A DNA stretch of 64,000 bases, from contig NC_134036.1 in assembly GCF_964204645.1 (NCBI RefSeq), positions 2,480,001 through 2,544,000 on the forward strand, written 5' to 3'. The notes below the pieces were generated by a model that was given only the letters and a program-made list of their open reading frames with translations, ran no database searches and had not been told where the DNA came from. Positions 11,194 to 34,934 of this stretch are shown one piece after another. Positions within the stretch are counted from its first letter, which is position 1. Each line of letters opens with the position of its first letter. Source of the stretch: Tubulanus polymorphus (lineage: Eukaryota; Animalia; Nemertea). Both the position numbers and the translations under genes were made by a program.

Positions 11194-12179
11194 TACAGTT
11201 CGTTGTTAATCCATTTTCTCCTAAGTGCTGGGAAAGCAGTATAAAAAGTCAATGGCACAATAACCAATACATCGAAATGCCCTCCTAACTCTAACTGTTT
11301 ATTGGGCGCAGAATGATCCTTCTGCTAACAAAGAAGAGATTGTAATTTTAGCACTAAAGTTTGTTGGCACAGATGCCTTCCACCATTTTACCCAATAATC
11401 TCTCTAAGTCTCGCCTAGAATCTACTCGTGAGTGTTCAGGACATTTTTAATTGAAGAAGATTTGAATTTTTTGTTTATTATCGTAATGCAAATGGGGAAA
11501 AATGACCAAAGATGATCAAGAAGTAATGGGTCCTTTGGTGGTGCATCCTCCCCTCCAGTAGTCAGTAACCAGTATGTGGTTTAGTTTCACGATCGGATAT
11601 TTTCACAAACCACATATATATTCACAAAACATATTGGTATGAGCCCATCCGATTATAAAAAGCTTACCACCAACGATTAGGTAACTATAACTACCACTCC
11701 AGCAATTCCACTGGTATACCCATCATAGTCTCGTGACTCCATCAGACACATTTTAGTTGTTTAGTTTTGTTACATGGTCCTTTATAAGCTTGTCGTCTCA
11801 AATGCTAAAAAACTCAGGCTTTCAAGAAGTTAAGGCCCGTTATAATCTTGCCATAATCTTGCGTTGCGGACACATCTCTAAAGGTGAGCTGTCCCACGAA
11901 GCGACTTCGGTCTCATTAATGGCGTATTGCATCTATATCACGAAAGATGGCGTCTCTGTCGCTGTGAGGCTGGCATGCTTTAGCATCTATTGCCCTGAAT
12001 TAGCGCATTCAAAGTTGAATAATAAAGAATAAACTAAATTGAAACAAATCCTATCGTTTTTCCGTAATGAACCAAAGTTTTGTCAAAATATTCTTGAAAC
12101 CGAGTATAATCATGAATTTAATATTCCAACACTGTAACGTCTTCTAAACCGGGCCGGTAGATGGCACCGCATATTCAAC

Positions 12180-15100
12180 ATGGCGGCTTTAGGCGATGTT
12201 GGTGCTTTTTGGCGAAATGGACCGCGTCCGGGCCAATTTTACAACTTTCCCGGCAATGAATCAACCTACGATCATCAACCAGCCAGACACACGATGTAAG
12301 TTAACGATTCAAACCGATTTTATCGTTTTCTGTCGAGTATTTCATCGTCAATTCGACGTTAACCGAGTGTGACTTGCAAAAAATACGACTGAAAATCTCT
12401 CGATTCGGGTCTTTTCATTCAGAATTTCGACCCTCCGTGTCAAGGCCTAGTGATTCAATCAATGTCGATAGATCTATCAAACCGAGATTTCGAATCTAAG
12501 ACCGATATTTAACCGATAATTTCAAGGATAGGGTATTGAAATCGCGATTTTATGTTTTCATATGCTCACTTCACCAAATTCAATTCAATAATCCAATAAA
12601 GCAAGTATCTTTGAATATGAATGATTTCAATTTTTAAAAAAAAGTAGAAACAAATTACGATCAAAGGCTACAAGTCAATACGCGGTTCCCTATAGGCCTA
12701 TTATCAAGTCTATTGATATAGGCACCACGCTAACTTCAAGGTTCAGATTCTGCAAGTTGAGAATATGAATGCAGATAGGCCTTGCTTTAGATAGGCCTAT
12801 ATATATATATTAGCCTTAAAACCAAAAAGTCTTAAGGCCTTTCTTAGTTTCAATTTCTGGTTTCTCACTCATTAAGAATTTTCACCTACAGGGGTAACAT
12901 CAATGCCTAGACAAAATCTACAGAGACTGGGCCCTGGTATTTTATAATTATTTCCAAAATCGTAATTTCTAAATGTCGGCCTAGACCTAGAGCCCTTAAA
13001 TCCCGTTCGAAAGATCTCATTTTTGGAGAATTAAGTAAATTCGCTGCGACAATATTTAGAACCTGTCCAAAATCGGCATTTGGCTGCGGCAATCAAAAAT
13101 TGCTTCCAACATCCCTGGAAATTAATCTCTCTGTGATCTTTCTCTGTGTTTTACAGGCAGCCTATAATGACCGGCACGTCTGTGTTAGGCGTTAAATTCG
13201 ACGGTGGTGTGATGCTCGCTGCCGACATGCTCGGTTCGTACGGATCTCTCGCCCGTTATCGCGACCTTCCGCGCATCGTCAAGGTCAACGATAAAACTCT
13301 GGTCGGCGCGTCGGGCGATTACGCAGATTTTCAATTCCTCACGCAAACGATCGAACAACAAGTGTAAGTATCGACTAGCACGCCCTCTAGTGAACGAATC
13401 TCCCATTTTCTTTCATAAATCCCCGGATGATATCATTAAAATTGATGCGGGGATAAAGAAACTTCCAGAAACTATGACATAACTCCCCGAATGATATCAA
13501 ATTGAAGCAGCGATGTTGACCCTCCTAGAAAAGATGGATGTCTTTATAAATCCCCCTATGACATCATCAAATTGATACGGCGATATATGAAACACTTCAA
13601 GAAAAGACGTAAAACATGAACGGATTAGAAAATTTATCAGATTTTTTTGGGATGGCCTTCGTTCAAAAATATTTTTATGAAATTGAATGTCATAGAGAAT
13701 TTATGGTTGCAGCGATCCGTCTTGAAGGGTTGATCGATTATCACTAAATCAATTTGATGACGTCGTGGATAAATTTATGGTAGAATTCATGAATTTTCAA
13801 GACCTTATCTTTTTCTGAATAATATACGTGTTTGTATTATTGTTTTCAGTATAGCGGAGCAGTGTCTGGACGACGGTTTCGGATATTCACCTAAATCGTT
13901 ACATTCGTGGGTTACCAGGGTGATGTACAACAGACGAACGAATTTCAATCCGTTGTGGAATACGTACATCGTCGCTGGACTGCAGGACGATCAACCGTAA
14001 GTTTGAGAATTAGAAATTTGGATTCTTTAACCCTTTCAGTGCGTCTACACCGCAGTGCGGTGTATAAATCAGTGATAGATTTTGCTAGTACACCGCATTG
14101 CGGTGTATTGATTCAATTAGTAATTAGAAATTATCTCTCTTGAAAAATGGCAGCACCTGTCAAACATAGTGAAATACTAGTAACTAACAATACACCGCAC
14201 TGCGGTGTAGACGCACTATAGTGGTATTCCCGTTATTCAACACACTTGGGTGGAATTTTTTAAAATTTTCAAATCATCTTTGGCACTATAGGGTATTAAT
14301 TAGTCAGCACTGAAAGGGTTAAACTATGTTTCCACTGTACCTTGGCAACCAGTTTGAAATTAGATTATTTCCAACGTTTCCACTGTTGTATCAAATATTG
14401 ACCAACATATGTGGAACCAGTTCCTCAGTGTTTTTGAAATTTACAAGCCACAGGTCCCTTTGAAAAAACAGGAGGGTCCCATAATATGTCACAGTCCCTG
14501 AAACAAAAGCTGGTTTAAAGAAAAACAGGCAGGGCCAGGTGCGGATCCAAGACAAAATTTTAGGGGTAGCACAAAATCAAAAGGGCATGCAATATTTTAA
14601 AAGCGCACTATCCCCTTCAGATGCAATTTCCAAGCACTTGGGATTCTTTCCACCCAATAAAAATATAGTAATAATTTTCTGGGGCACTTAGAAAATCTGA
14701 GGGTAGCACATGCCCTGTGTGCTACCCTAGATCCGCACATGGGGTCCTTTGCAAACAACAGACGGGTCTGGGACCTGGCTCTCATTGAAAACACTGGTTC
14801 CTGATGTCTTTTCAATGACTTTCCATGAAAGCTCGAGTCTAATTTTGCGATGTTGAATTTTATTTCAGATATTTAGGTTACGTTGATAAAATTGGTGTAG
14901 CGTTCCAAGCAGACCTCGTGGCTACTGGTTACGGCGCCTATATCGCCCTGGTAAGTGAGCACTGCAGTCCGTGTACATGTACTCAGAAAATCTAAATCCT
15001 GTTAAATGGTGGTATAAGTTATATCGTATTAGATGATATTATTTAGCCAGCTTGACTGTATTTCAGTTTAGTTGCTATTTTTGAGTCCCAGTTCAATTTA

Positions 15101-17220
15101 CTACTATTTGTATTAATCGCCATTTGGAGAGTCCTGAACAGCTACGGCATCTTAAAGCCAGTTTCGACCTACGTATTTTGCGTTGCTGCATCATCGCCTA
15201 ATTGCTCATTTCTCGGTATTTCAGCCATTGTTGCGTGAGAGAGTCGACGCTAAGCAATCGAAGAGTTTAACTCGAGAAGAAGCTCGCGAAATGTTGGACG
15301 AATGTATGAAAATATTGTGGTACCGAGACGCGCGATCTTTCAATAAGGTACAAGAGCGGAAATTCTGATATCCACAACGGAATTGTTTAAGTCCGGTTAA
15401 TGTAAAGTGTCCCGGGGTAAACCAGTAGATGTTTCACTTATAAATACCAATAGCAACAATGAACTTTTAATTGTCACTTTGTCAACTTTCCACTGATTAA
15501 CTATAACCAACTTTTGAGCAACTGCAGTGATCCTAGACTTCCAAATTTCAACAGATGGACCAGTTACCCAAGTTAGTTAGAATATCAAACCATCAAATAA
15601 ATGCTACAATCGTACCATGCCATTATTCACTTATAATTGTCACTATGTCAACTATCGACTGGTTAACTCTAACCAACTTTTGAGTAACTGCAGCCCCAGA
15701 TATCTACCATAGTAACAATGAAGTTTCCATTGTCACTATATCAACTATCCACTGGTTAACTCTAACCAACTTTAGAGCAACTGCAGCCCCAGATTATTCG
15801 CCACTGCTGCAATTATAACAATGAACTTGCATCTTTTGATTTGTATATAGTCAACGTTTATCTTATTATCTGTTCACCACATTTGAGTGTGGTTATTGTA
15901 CTATTATGAACTTAATTTTTGTAATCTGGAATCCTTAATTTTGGCGAATTATTCCATGGTTGACTCTAAACATTTCATTAATATTTTCAGTATCTCATCG
16001 GAACTTGCACAAAAGATGGCGTGACGATCGACGGGCCAAACGTTGCCAAGACGAACTGGGAAATCGCTAAACTTGTCAAGTAAGTATCTCAATTGTTGCA
16101 AATTTATGTTGTTTTAATGGTATGTTGAAGATTGTAAATCGTAGGTTGTAACTTGTAAATGGTGTGATATTTGTCCTAGCAAGTTTGTGATCAGTGTTTT
16201 TAAGTATTTCGGAAAAATTTTGGATTTGAAATTTTCAGGGACGATTGTGCCGATGACGCTTGATCGGTAATTTGAATAATATACAAGAATAAAAATAGTT
16301 TACCCCCAAAAAGCACATTATATCCAATAGATGTTAGTTTTTAGATGATGAAGCTTAGAGAAATTCCTGGCCTGCGGATGATAAATGGTGTCACCATACT
16401 ACAAATAATATGAATATATTACCTCTGAATATTTTTGGAAATTAGGGGTAGATTTTAGTATTTAGACAATAATTTATGCAGCTGACAACCTGGTGCCAGT
16501 TGCTCAATGGTTGGTTAAAGATAACCGGTGGATAGATACCATAGTAACTATGAACCTTCAATGGTCACAATGTCAACTATCCACTGGTTTACTCTAACCA
16601 ACATTTCAGCAACCGACCCCTGATGTCTGAACACACTCAGATGATCACCATTTGAATGGCGAAGTCTGGAGCTGGTTTCACAAGCATAATTAACTTTAAT
16701 TATAATTAGGACCTAAATCATGATTAAATTTCTTTAATTATGATTAGTGATTTAATCACAATTCATGGTTAATTAAGTTTTGTGAAACCGGCCCCTGGGG
16801 TATTGCCACAGGAGGTGGCGTCGCCTGGAAGAACATGTTTTGGGGAAATGGTGAATGTCTGGGTAACGTCTGAGATGTATGGCCGACAGATAGCTGGTTG
16901 ATAGCTGCAATAGAAGGTGTTTTGTATTGCTATGTTAGACCGTTGCTTGTAATGACAGGTTCATATAATATCCGATTTTAGGTTAGCAGTGGATCAGACT
17001 AAAATAGTTAGTTTGGTTATTGGTTAAAATTAGACTCCATACTTCATTGGATTTTGAGAACTTGAGCATTGAGTCAATAAAACCCACCCAGTGTAGAAGA
17101 ACTGGGTCCAGAGCCAAATATTTGACCCACATAATTGTATATCAGAATCCAGAGTCAAATAAAACCCACTAATGCAATATAAGTTGTAATATGTTTTTAT
17201 TTTTCAGGGGTTACGAATGA
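12180..17220 (+). CDS. PSMB4: Proteasome subunit beta type-4 (beta7); 7 exons, 258 aa
   Basis: Exons 12180-12295, 13157-13363, 13850-13996, 14869-14950, 15225-15347, 15991-16079, 17208-17220. Motifs [74 protein letters not shown], and C-terminal [12 protein letters not shown]. Confidence 0.95.
14031..14318. mobile_element. piggyBac-like MITE in PSMB4 intron 3
   Basis: TTAA on both flanks (14027-14030, 14319-14322); 12-bp TIR CCCTTTCAGTGC; ~27-bp subterminal inverted repeat gtgcgtctacaccgcagtgcggtgtat (14039-14065 / 14190-14216). Confidence 0.85.
14537..14721. mobile_element. MITE with CAGGTGCGGATCC-type termini
   Basis: caggtgcggatccaag..gggtagcac and gtgctaccctagatccgcacatg form inverted ends; a related element lies at 49057-49373. 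Confidence 0.6.
15420..15792. repeat. Tandem partial copies of family A MITE (ctgcagcccc-ended variant)
   Basis: Repeated tgtcactatgtcaactatc.actggttaactctaaccaacttttgagcaactgcag; similar arrays at 22246-22575, 45226-45538 and 62843-63055. Confidence 0.7.
16493..16619. mobile_element. Family A Harbinger-like MITE, PSMB4 intron 6
   Basis: Same 127-bp sequence as 9278-9404, with CTG on both flanks. Confidence 0.75.
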
Positions 17221-19892
17221 GAAGTACATCATTTGTAGAGACCTAAGAAAAGTTTATCACCAGACCAGGGATTTTCTACCACGGCACCAGTTGACACGAG
17301 TCTACGCTCAACGAAACATGAAAAAAAAGAAAACATTTAGTAATATCAACCATTCATTCTCTCGATTGTGGTGGAAAATCTTGTCGTTCTGGTTTCACAT
17401 TATGTAAATTAATTAAAATTATCAAAAAACGATAAATAAAAATATGTGAAAATAAATGATTCATCATTTTTTTGTACAGAAAAAGAACAGTTTGTATTCG
17501 CTTTGTCTAATTGCTTCGTCTTTCCTCCGAAAGAGGATCCGATTCTGTATTTTGAAGAGTCGATGGAAACTGCTGGATTTCTACAAGCTCTTTTTACCCT
17601 ATCTTTTTCCATTTTAACTTATGACCCCTTTTCTACGCTGAGGACGCTAGGGGCTGCATAGTACTGAGTGCCTCAAATCGGCGCCACTTTCCAGGACTGG
17701 TCGAACCCTTTTCCTGTGCTTTATTTATCTTAACACGGACTCTGATGCTTTTAGAAGCTTTCGGAATCGGTCTACTTATTACTCGCCAACTCCCGATAGA
17801 TGGCTCTGTGTGTGTCGGTCACTACCAAACTGAATAACTGGCCCATCGATCGAGGATAAGCGATTGGTTAAAAACAACAACTGTACCATACACTTTAAAA
17901 CCACTATAGGAACTGACCTTTTTTGAAGATCCTCTTGCGTTATTGACTCTGGGCTTCAGTGTGCCAACCGTGGCCCTTCCGTGGATGACTCCAGCAACTG
18001 GACCACGGTCAGTATCTGGCTTGTGTTGAGCCAGGTAATAATAATGATGATTTATTCAGCCTAAAATCCATATGAAATATACTCATTGGTTTACATCATA
18101 CATAAGCCAGAGAACAAGGAAAACTATAACAAGGTCAATTAAATGCTTTGACGAACAAATGGGTTTTGAGCTTAGATTTAAAAACATTGATTCAAAAAGC
18201 GGCCATCGACAATAAGGTTTATAGTCTTGAAACCAGTAACCTAAACGACTTAAAGCAAGATTTACAAAGAAAAGACAAGAGGACAGCAAAACCCGATATT
18301 ATCAGACTAATACCAGTAGAGATTTTAAAGTTGGCGCGCTTGCTGCCGTTGCAGTGTCGCATGAGACTCGGTTATCAGAGCGTCGTCTGTCAATGTCATC
18401 GTGCGCGATAGTGCTGTAGGACGTCGCGACGCGTTACAGAAATCGGAGAAACACAGCATAGTAAAACTGGGTGAGTAAAACTGTGGGTAAGTTTGACGTT
18501 GGGCTGGCATCATAGATAAGTGGCTTAAGAAGATAATTCGATTGGAGAAAAACTCATAATTACGAAGATACGTTAATTAACGGAGTAGTGAGGCAGACGT
18601 TTCGATTCAATTCCATCCTGAGTCGCCATGTCGACCTTCTCGTACATGTGTTTTCCATCATGGGATTTTCATCAAGTTTGACGTGTTTGACGAAATCGAT
18701 GCTTACTTCATTCAATTCACCATTTCCTCACACACGGAGGACACCTCTGTCTCTCTGGAGAAGGGAATTAGGCTACTGTGAGCAGGTCGTATCTAGCATT
18801 CGAAAGTGTGGGGGGGGGGGGCATTGAAACCTGAAAAAGGGCAGTTCAATAGGTAAAAACATTGATATTTGGGAAAAGGGCACTTTTGCAAAATTCCTGG
18901 GAGGCTACCCCTTGCTAAATACATCCCTGGTGTGGTCTAGTAAAGAAGTTGAAAAGGGTGATTTTGGGTATCCTGAACAAAAGGATCAAAATTCTTCGGA
19001 AATGGGCTAAACTTCTCTGAATTCACAGCATGAATTGATTGCGTGTTTCAAAGATTTGAATTCATCCAATTTAGAAAAATCACGAGGCCTTAGAAACTTA
19101 AAAAGCTATTCACAAAACAAGGGAAGCCTGATCCATACTTGACATGCTGCCCCGGATGGCCCACTAGGCGATCGGCCTTCAAACTCTGAGATCTGGCAGC
19201 CATTACGCCTGGCGTTTGGGCAAACTCTTAAAAAATCATGACCGCGCATTTATTCAATTCATGATTACGATCAGGCCTATAGACATATGTATGTAACTGT
19301 ACATGAAGGTCAAACAACAGAAAGGGTCAATATTGATAAGGAAGTTGAAATATGTTTATCCCCATATCAGTCTAATACGTACGGAGAGTAGGGCCTTATT
19401 AATGTAGCGTTCCAGTCATGTAGGTCTCACTTGAAATATTGAGGGTAGTAATGTTTGTGCCGATAAAAAACTTGTTTGATTCGTGTCTTCTTTTCAGGTG
19501 CTCAGTAAATAATATAGATTCATGGATTATTAAAGAAAGCGTTGTGTTTTCCACTGACTGGGACTAAGTCGCAGGTCCCCGATTTTTCTGAGGTCAAAGA
19601 ACAGCGAAGGAAGAAAAGAGCACCGTTTCAAGTTCCAGACGTGTCTCTGCTCAAGCTCGCGGTGTTACAGCTGAGGTTGAACACAGCAAAGTCAAGGAAG
19701 AAAGGACGACATCATCAATTCAGAGACGTATCTATGCTCCTCGTGCTCGTGGTGTTTCAAGGAAGAAAGGACCTCAGGGTACACAGACAAGAAGTTCATC
19801 TTTGATCTGTAACCCGCAGGCGTGCAGGAGATCATCCTCTGATTGGCTAAACGCGCGCTAACGGTGACCGCCCGTTACGGCTGGGAGGTTGA

Positions 19893-22800
19893 ATGGCTTT
19901 TGGAACTAATAATTGCGATGCTTCGTACAAAATACTGATCATAGGAGAAACTGGTGTCGGAAAATCCTCGCTGTTAAAGGCTATAATGGGAGAACAATTC
20001 AGTCCTTCACTGGTACCAACTATAGGTAGGTCTATAAGCCTTGCTCATCATGATAAACTTTTCTTAGGTGTCTATTGCTCCCTCCCACATATTTTGGTTG
20101 TCTACAAAAATCTTTTGTCCGATAGAAAATCTATTATGATAACTTATATAACGGAAGATGAAGTCTTTCATTGTATTTTTTATCTCTATCAATAGGCATC
20201 GATTTGATAAAACCGGTTTTCAACGTCGATGGGGCACGTGTTCAATTGGAAATCTGGGATACGGCCGGACAGGAACGCTTCCGTACGATTACCAGATTAC
20301 AGTACAGAGGAACCAAGGTGCGTAATGAGGGGTTCAATGTATTCCATTAAACAAGTCACATCGAATTTCTGTTAGGTGACAATTCTTTTTTTATGCCACC
20401 TACAAAACTGATGGGGAGGGGGGGGGGGGGTATGTTTTGCGAATCAGTTTCATATTGGTGACAATTTTTGATTCAGCTTTCTGAAAATATGGGCCACCCT
20501 AGTTATTGACTTATGTCAACTTATGTCAAATGTCGCGAAAAGTCATCGCAGAGCACTTGCATTTTTAACTTCTTATCTGGAAATTTCCTGAAACGTATCT
20601 ATTCATGTAAAGAAGTGTTGAATAAAGTGTTATCTCAAATCGATTGTGACGAACGCTTGGAATTTTTGAAAATTGGGAATACCCTTGAAAACAGATAATG
20701 AATAACACATACGGGGTCATCTTCATACATTCAGTTTGTTTTTCGTTAAGATTAGTTTCTTATTGAAAAAACAAAAGTACTTATTTTCTATCGATTAAGT
20801 CAAGATATAAGTACCGATTATATTTCAAACTGAAAATAGGTTTGATCGAAAATTTCAACACCTCGATGGGGACATCTTCATACTTTCCAAAGAATGTCTC
20901 GAGTACATAGAAAGTGATTCTTCCATTTCATAATACTCATTCATTTGCAGGGTATCCTTCTCGTCTATGACGTCACAAGTATGGAGTCCTTTCGCAAGCT
21001 GACTTATTGGCTGGACAGTATAGATAAGGTATAACACCACGAGAATCCTTGATTCTCAAAGACATATTGGTTGATCAGCGCTTTACTTTAATAAGCAAGG
21101 CGTGGTTTTGTTCACTGGTATAAAAGCTAAACAAAAATGGATACCTTGTTTCTCCAAATCGGGAGGGTCATTTTTGTAAACTGCAATAAAATTTGTTATC
21201 AGTTCATTTCTATAACTGCCGGGTCTGATATTGTTAGCTTGATCATGATACTAAAAAAAAGTAATGTGTAAGGTAGATAGGCGGTCGGCCGGGTCAAATT
21301 CTAAGCTGAGCAAAAATGAAAAAAAAGGTATCATTTTTCAGCTTTTACTTTATACACGTGATTATTCAAATGAATTTCATTCCGTTTTAATTTCAAGATA
21401 TTATCGTTTTTAAATTCTTGAAAAATGATTGGGTCTTTCGGGAACTGGATGAGCCAAGAACATTTTCCTTTTTAAGATGGCAGATATATAATGTTTTCTC
21501 CGTTTCACTTTTAAGGAATTAGTTACGGGCCAATCACCACCCATTGTTTTCATTATCGGTAACAAGTCGGATTTGCAGGACCAGAGATGCGTCACAGCCG
21601 AAATGGGATTCAAGGTACTATATTTACTAGCGGATGGGCGATTGATGTCACCTTTAAAACTTAAACTTGTTTTCGGTTACAATCCTCCCTCTGCAGGGAT
21701 TCGAACCTGATGGCATCGCTACACTCAGCAACGGCACGTAACCCTGCCAACCCACAGTATAGACCGAGTACATGACACCATGACGATGGATGTGGCGTCA
21801 ATCACCATCCTAAACCTGACCAGTTATGCCAAATATTCGTTCTAAGCCTGGCAATAGCAGGCTGTGCTCAAAGAGTTTAGATGAGCCGCGAACCTTCGTT
21901 CTCAAATAATAGAAAAGCTTCCTAAAGCAGTTTTCGTATGGTTCAAATTCTTTTACACTTTAAGTTTCTCAGACGGAGCCTATGGTGGGTTCGTCTCCCA
22001 GAGCTGTTAAGGTTGTTGACTCTTTCTCTCTCTCGATCTATTTTTCCCTTCAGCTAAAAGAAGAATATTACGAATACGCGTTCGAGGAAACCAGCGCTAA
22101 AGACAACACGAACGTGGAGGCAACTTTTCAACAACTAGCGACAGCCATGATCGAAACATTCCATGCCAAACTGGTATTTTATGAATTCGTACTTTTTTAT
22201 GCTTCAAACATCCAAACTAAACGAGCAATCTTCAGGAATACGATGCTCAAACGTTAGTTGGAGTTAACCAGTGGATAGTTGACAAAGTGACACTCAAAAA
22301 GTTCATTGTTACCATAGTATTTGTCAGGGGTGGCAGATGCTCAAAAGTTGGTTATAGATAACCAGTGGATAGTTGACATAGTGACTTATTAAAAGTTCAT
22401 TGTTCTTAAAATAGGGATTGTCCCTGTTATTTATTTGGCTGGTAAATTTCGTTTGATTTTTTGATTGAGTGTCCCTTATAGACCCACCACAAATTCCGGG
22501 AGCGAAACAGGGTGTTTGATTGTTACTATGGTATCCGCCGGATATCTTTAACAAACATTTCAGCAACTGCAGCCACCAGAGTCAAAACTGCCCTTAAGTT
22601 GGTAATAAAGATAACTGGCTAAATTAAAGATTGCCACCAGTTCAATCCTATAATTTATTTACGTTACTTGTTTACGTGTTAGATTATTGTGGGAACGAGT
22701 GTGTAATACGTCATCACTTTTTGTCGTTGTTTTCCAGTTGTCCGACATTCGGAATGGCGTGCGGAACAATCGGAACAGAGCTACGACGATCGGAACAGAA

Positions 22801-22899
22801 TCCAGTGCTGAACTTTACAGACGACAGAGCATCAAACTGACAACTAACGACCTTCACCCCACGACGTCCGGTTCATCTTCATCCAGTTGCTGTTCCTAA
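19893..22899 (+). CDS. Rab-family small GTPase (divergent, loosely Rab8/10/13-like); 6 coding exons, 237 aa
   Basis: Exons 19893-20025, 20196-20317, 20951-21028, 21516-21614, 22054-22173, 22738-22899. G1 GETGVGKS, G2 PTIG, G3 [17 protein letters not shown]4 GNKSDL, G5 ETSAK, and C-terminal CCS prenylation motif. Confidence 0.92.
21121..21345. mobile_element. Family B MITE (TIR ...gctaaacaaaaatgataccttgtttctc), Rab intron 3
   Basis: Shared body agttcatttctataactgccgggtctg.tattgttagcttgatcatga, also at 41318-41632, 43838-44430 and inverted at 54611-54826. Confidence 0.7.
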
Positions 22900-24801
22900 A
22901 TTGCATTTACCAAAGCTCTTATACCGGTTGTATAGTATTAATATAATATGATGATGAGAACTATACCTTATTCGCATATTGTACACACCCGGATGACGGG
23001 ATTCGTTTTAACGGGTACCAGGACATTTGTAATAAGTTGGTACAGAGTGCATTAAGTTACACAAAGAGAAGGCTTAGTTTTATGGCCAATCATAAAGTCC
23101 ACTGTTTGTTTCTATATCCAGCATAGGCCATTTTTGGTTTGAACTGATCTACCAACTTAGAAAATTAAGCCATAAAGTTCTAGACGACTGTAATATTGAG
23201 TCAGATCGTGCGAACCAAGCGCAGGAACAAAAAAAATGAGCATGGCAAAATTAAAAAATCCACCTACAACATATTCAGCGTTAGATACAGTATATTATCT
23301 AGTAATTGTGCGACCTGTTAAAACCGTTGTCGCCGGTGCCACGGGACACGATGAGTCCGAGTCATATATAATCAATGGTGCTATTATTAGTTGTATTCCT
23401 TTTGTTTTACTGTTCAAGCGGGATGGACCTGTCTAATTTTTAATTTGTGAAATATCGGTACATGTACGTCGCTGTACGCGTGTCTGATGTACAGTTTGTT
23501 ACAATATATATTAGATTAATCAATAAAATGATTACTTTGTACGTGTTGAACATTGTTGGTTGCTTAGAATCGAAGATAATTCATTACATTAATTCTTCAA
23601 GTTTTGAGTCGTCTGGAAGTGGTTCAGTATCCAGAGTGATCTCCGTCGCTCTACGATCCACGTGGAACATCGGACACTATCTTGGAGAACTTCTGACAAG
23701 ACCTCTAACCCTGCAGAGTAATCTTAAGGTACATCATCACTATTTGGAAACCATTTTTTGCCAAAATTATTGTATTTGATATTTTTTTATTAAATAGTAG
23801 TTTAATACGTATACTATTGGAATTCGAAATGTTGAGGGGCAAAAAAAACATCTAAAACTGAGAAAATGGTCTAGATAGTGGTGATGTACCTAAACGCGCG
23901 CTTGACACTCCTTCTAACTTCACCTGGTCGACTGGATGTACGTCGCTCTACCATCCTAATGTCAGTGGTATCAAACATCAGACCGTTGTGAACTTTAGTT
24001 TTGTGAAGATTACCATTACGTTGTGGTCTCCTGAACTCGATCGAAGATGCAAATACGACTCACTCACTATTGATCAGCTTTAGTTCAGCAGCAATTTGGG
24101 CCATCGTCTGATGGTGCCATAGTGGATTTTCATGAGGCCTTACGAGCAGTTAGGTAAAAGTGATTTATGATTATATCATCAACAATAAACCTTTTTACAA
24201 TTTCCAGGCACCGTATTTTTGGGTCCGCAAATATCTTAATGTATAGAAATCTAGTTTTATATACACACGTCCCTGGCTCAGGTCTACATATCTATCTAAG
24301 ACCTGTTTTTTTCGTATGGGGAAAAACCAATGGCTTATTTCATTTAACATGAAAGGGTGTCGAGTATATCGTCTTTAGTGAAAACACAAATGATTAATCC
24401 ATAGTTTGTTTGGTTTTGATAATTTTACTTTTCACTTTTCAAAAATGTGTTTTTTCTGTCATTCACAAGACTCCTAAATGTAAATGTGACCCTTGATGAT
24501 CTGTTCCGGCCACCTTCCCCACCCGCACGGAATGGAAAATTCTTGTTATTCTCAATTGTGTAAGTCATAACACATAAAACTTCTTTGAAAAAGATTTTTT
24601 TCGAAAAAGGAAGTTATTCATTCAGTTAATGACATGAATATAATTGAGTGAACATACGCCAGTGACATTATACTGCGTCATTCAAATCTGAACTTAGAAA
24701 GTTTAAACTTCCTCTAAAATGATTTATTTCAAAAATTCAAAGGGAGTTAATCACATGAATATAAGTGAGTGATATTATATTGCGTCATTCAGACGAACAA
24801 A

Positions 24802-34605
<9,804 letters not shown>

Positions 34606-34934
34606 AATTGTGAACTTTAAAGATGAAGAAAAGTGAACATTTTGGTAAATTTGAGAACGGCAACTAAAATACTACACCTGATAACCGGAACTGAAGTGGG
34701 CACGTTTCTAGCCATAAGGTGGCGACACCGGCCGAAAAAAATTAAGCAACGTAAATCACGTGATTCACGAGCAACCGTTCATTAGCACTTCAATTGTTTT
34801 TATACAAAATACGCGCAGATTTCTTGTACATAAAGAATAACGAAGTCTTCGTATACGGGACCCTAGGTCTATAAACCCACAAACTGCGGTTTCATATGTT
34901 TTAAGATGTGGGTTTCTTTATTGTGTGCAAACAT

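Noticed and set aside
16345-16428. Possible intronic C/D snoRNA (ATGATGA...CTGA)
   Set aside because: No terminal stem and no recognisable rRNA guide; expected by chance in AT-rich DNA.
21681-21770. Minus-strand B box GGTTCGAATCCC (SINE remnant)
   Set aside because: No clear A box, tail or TSD.
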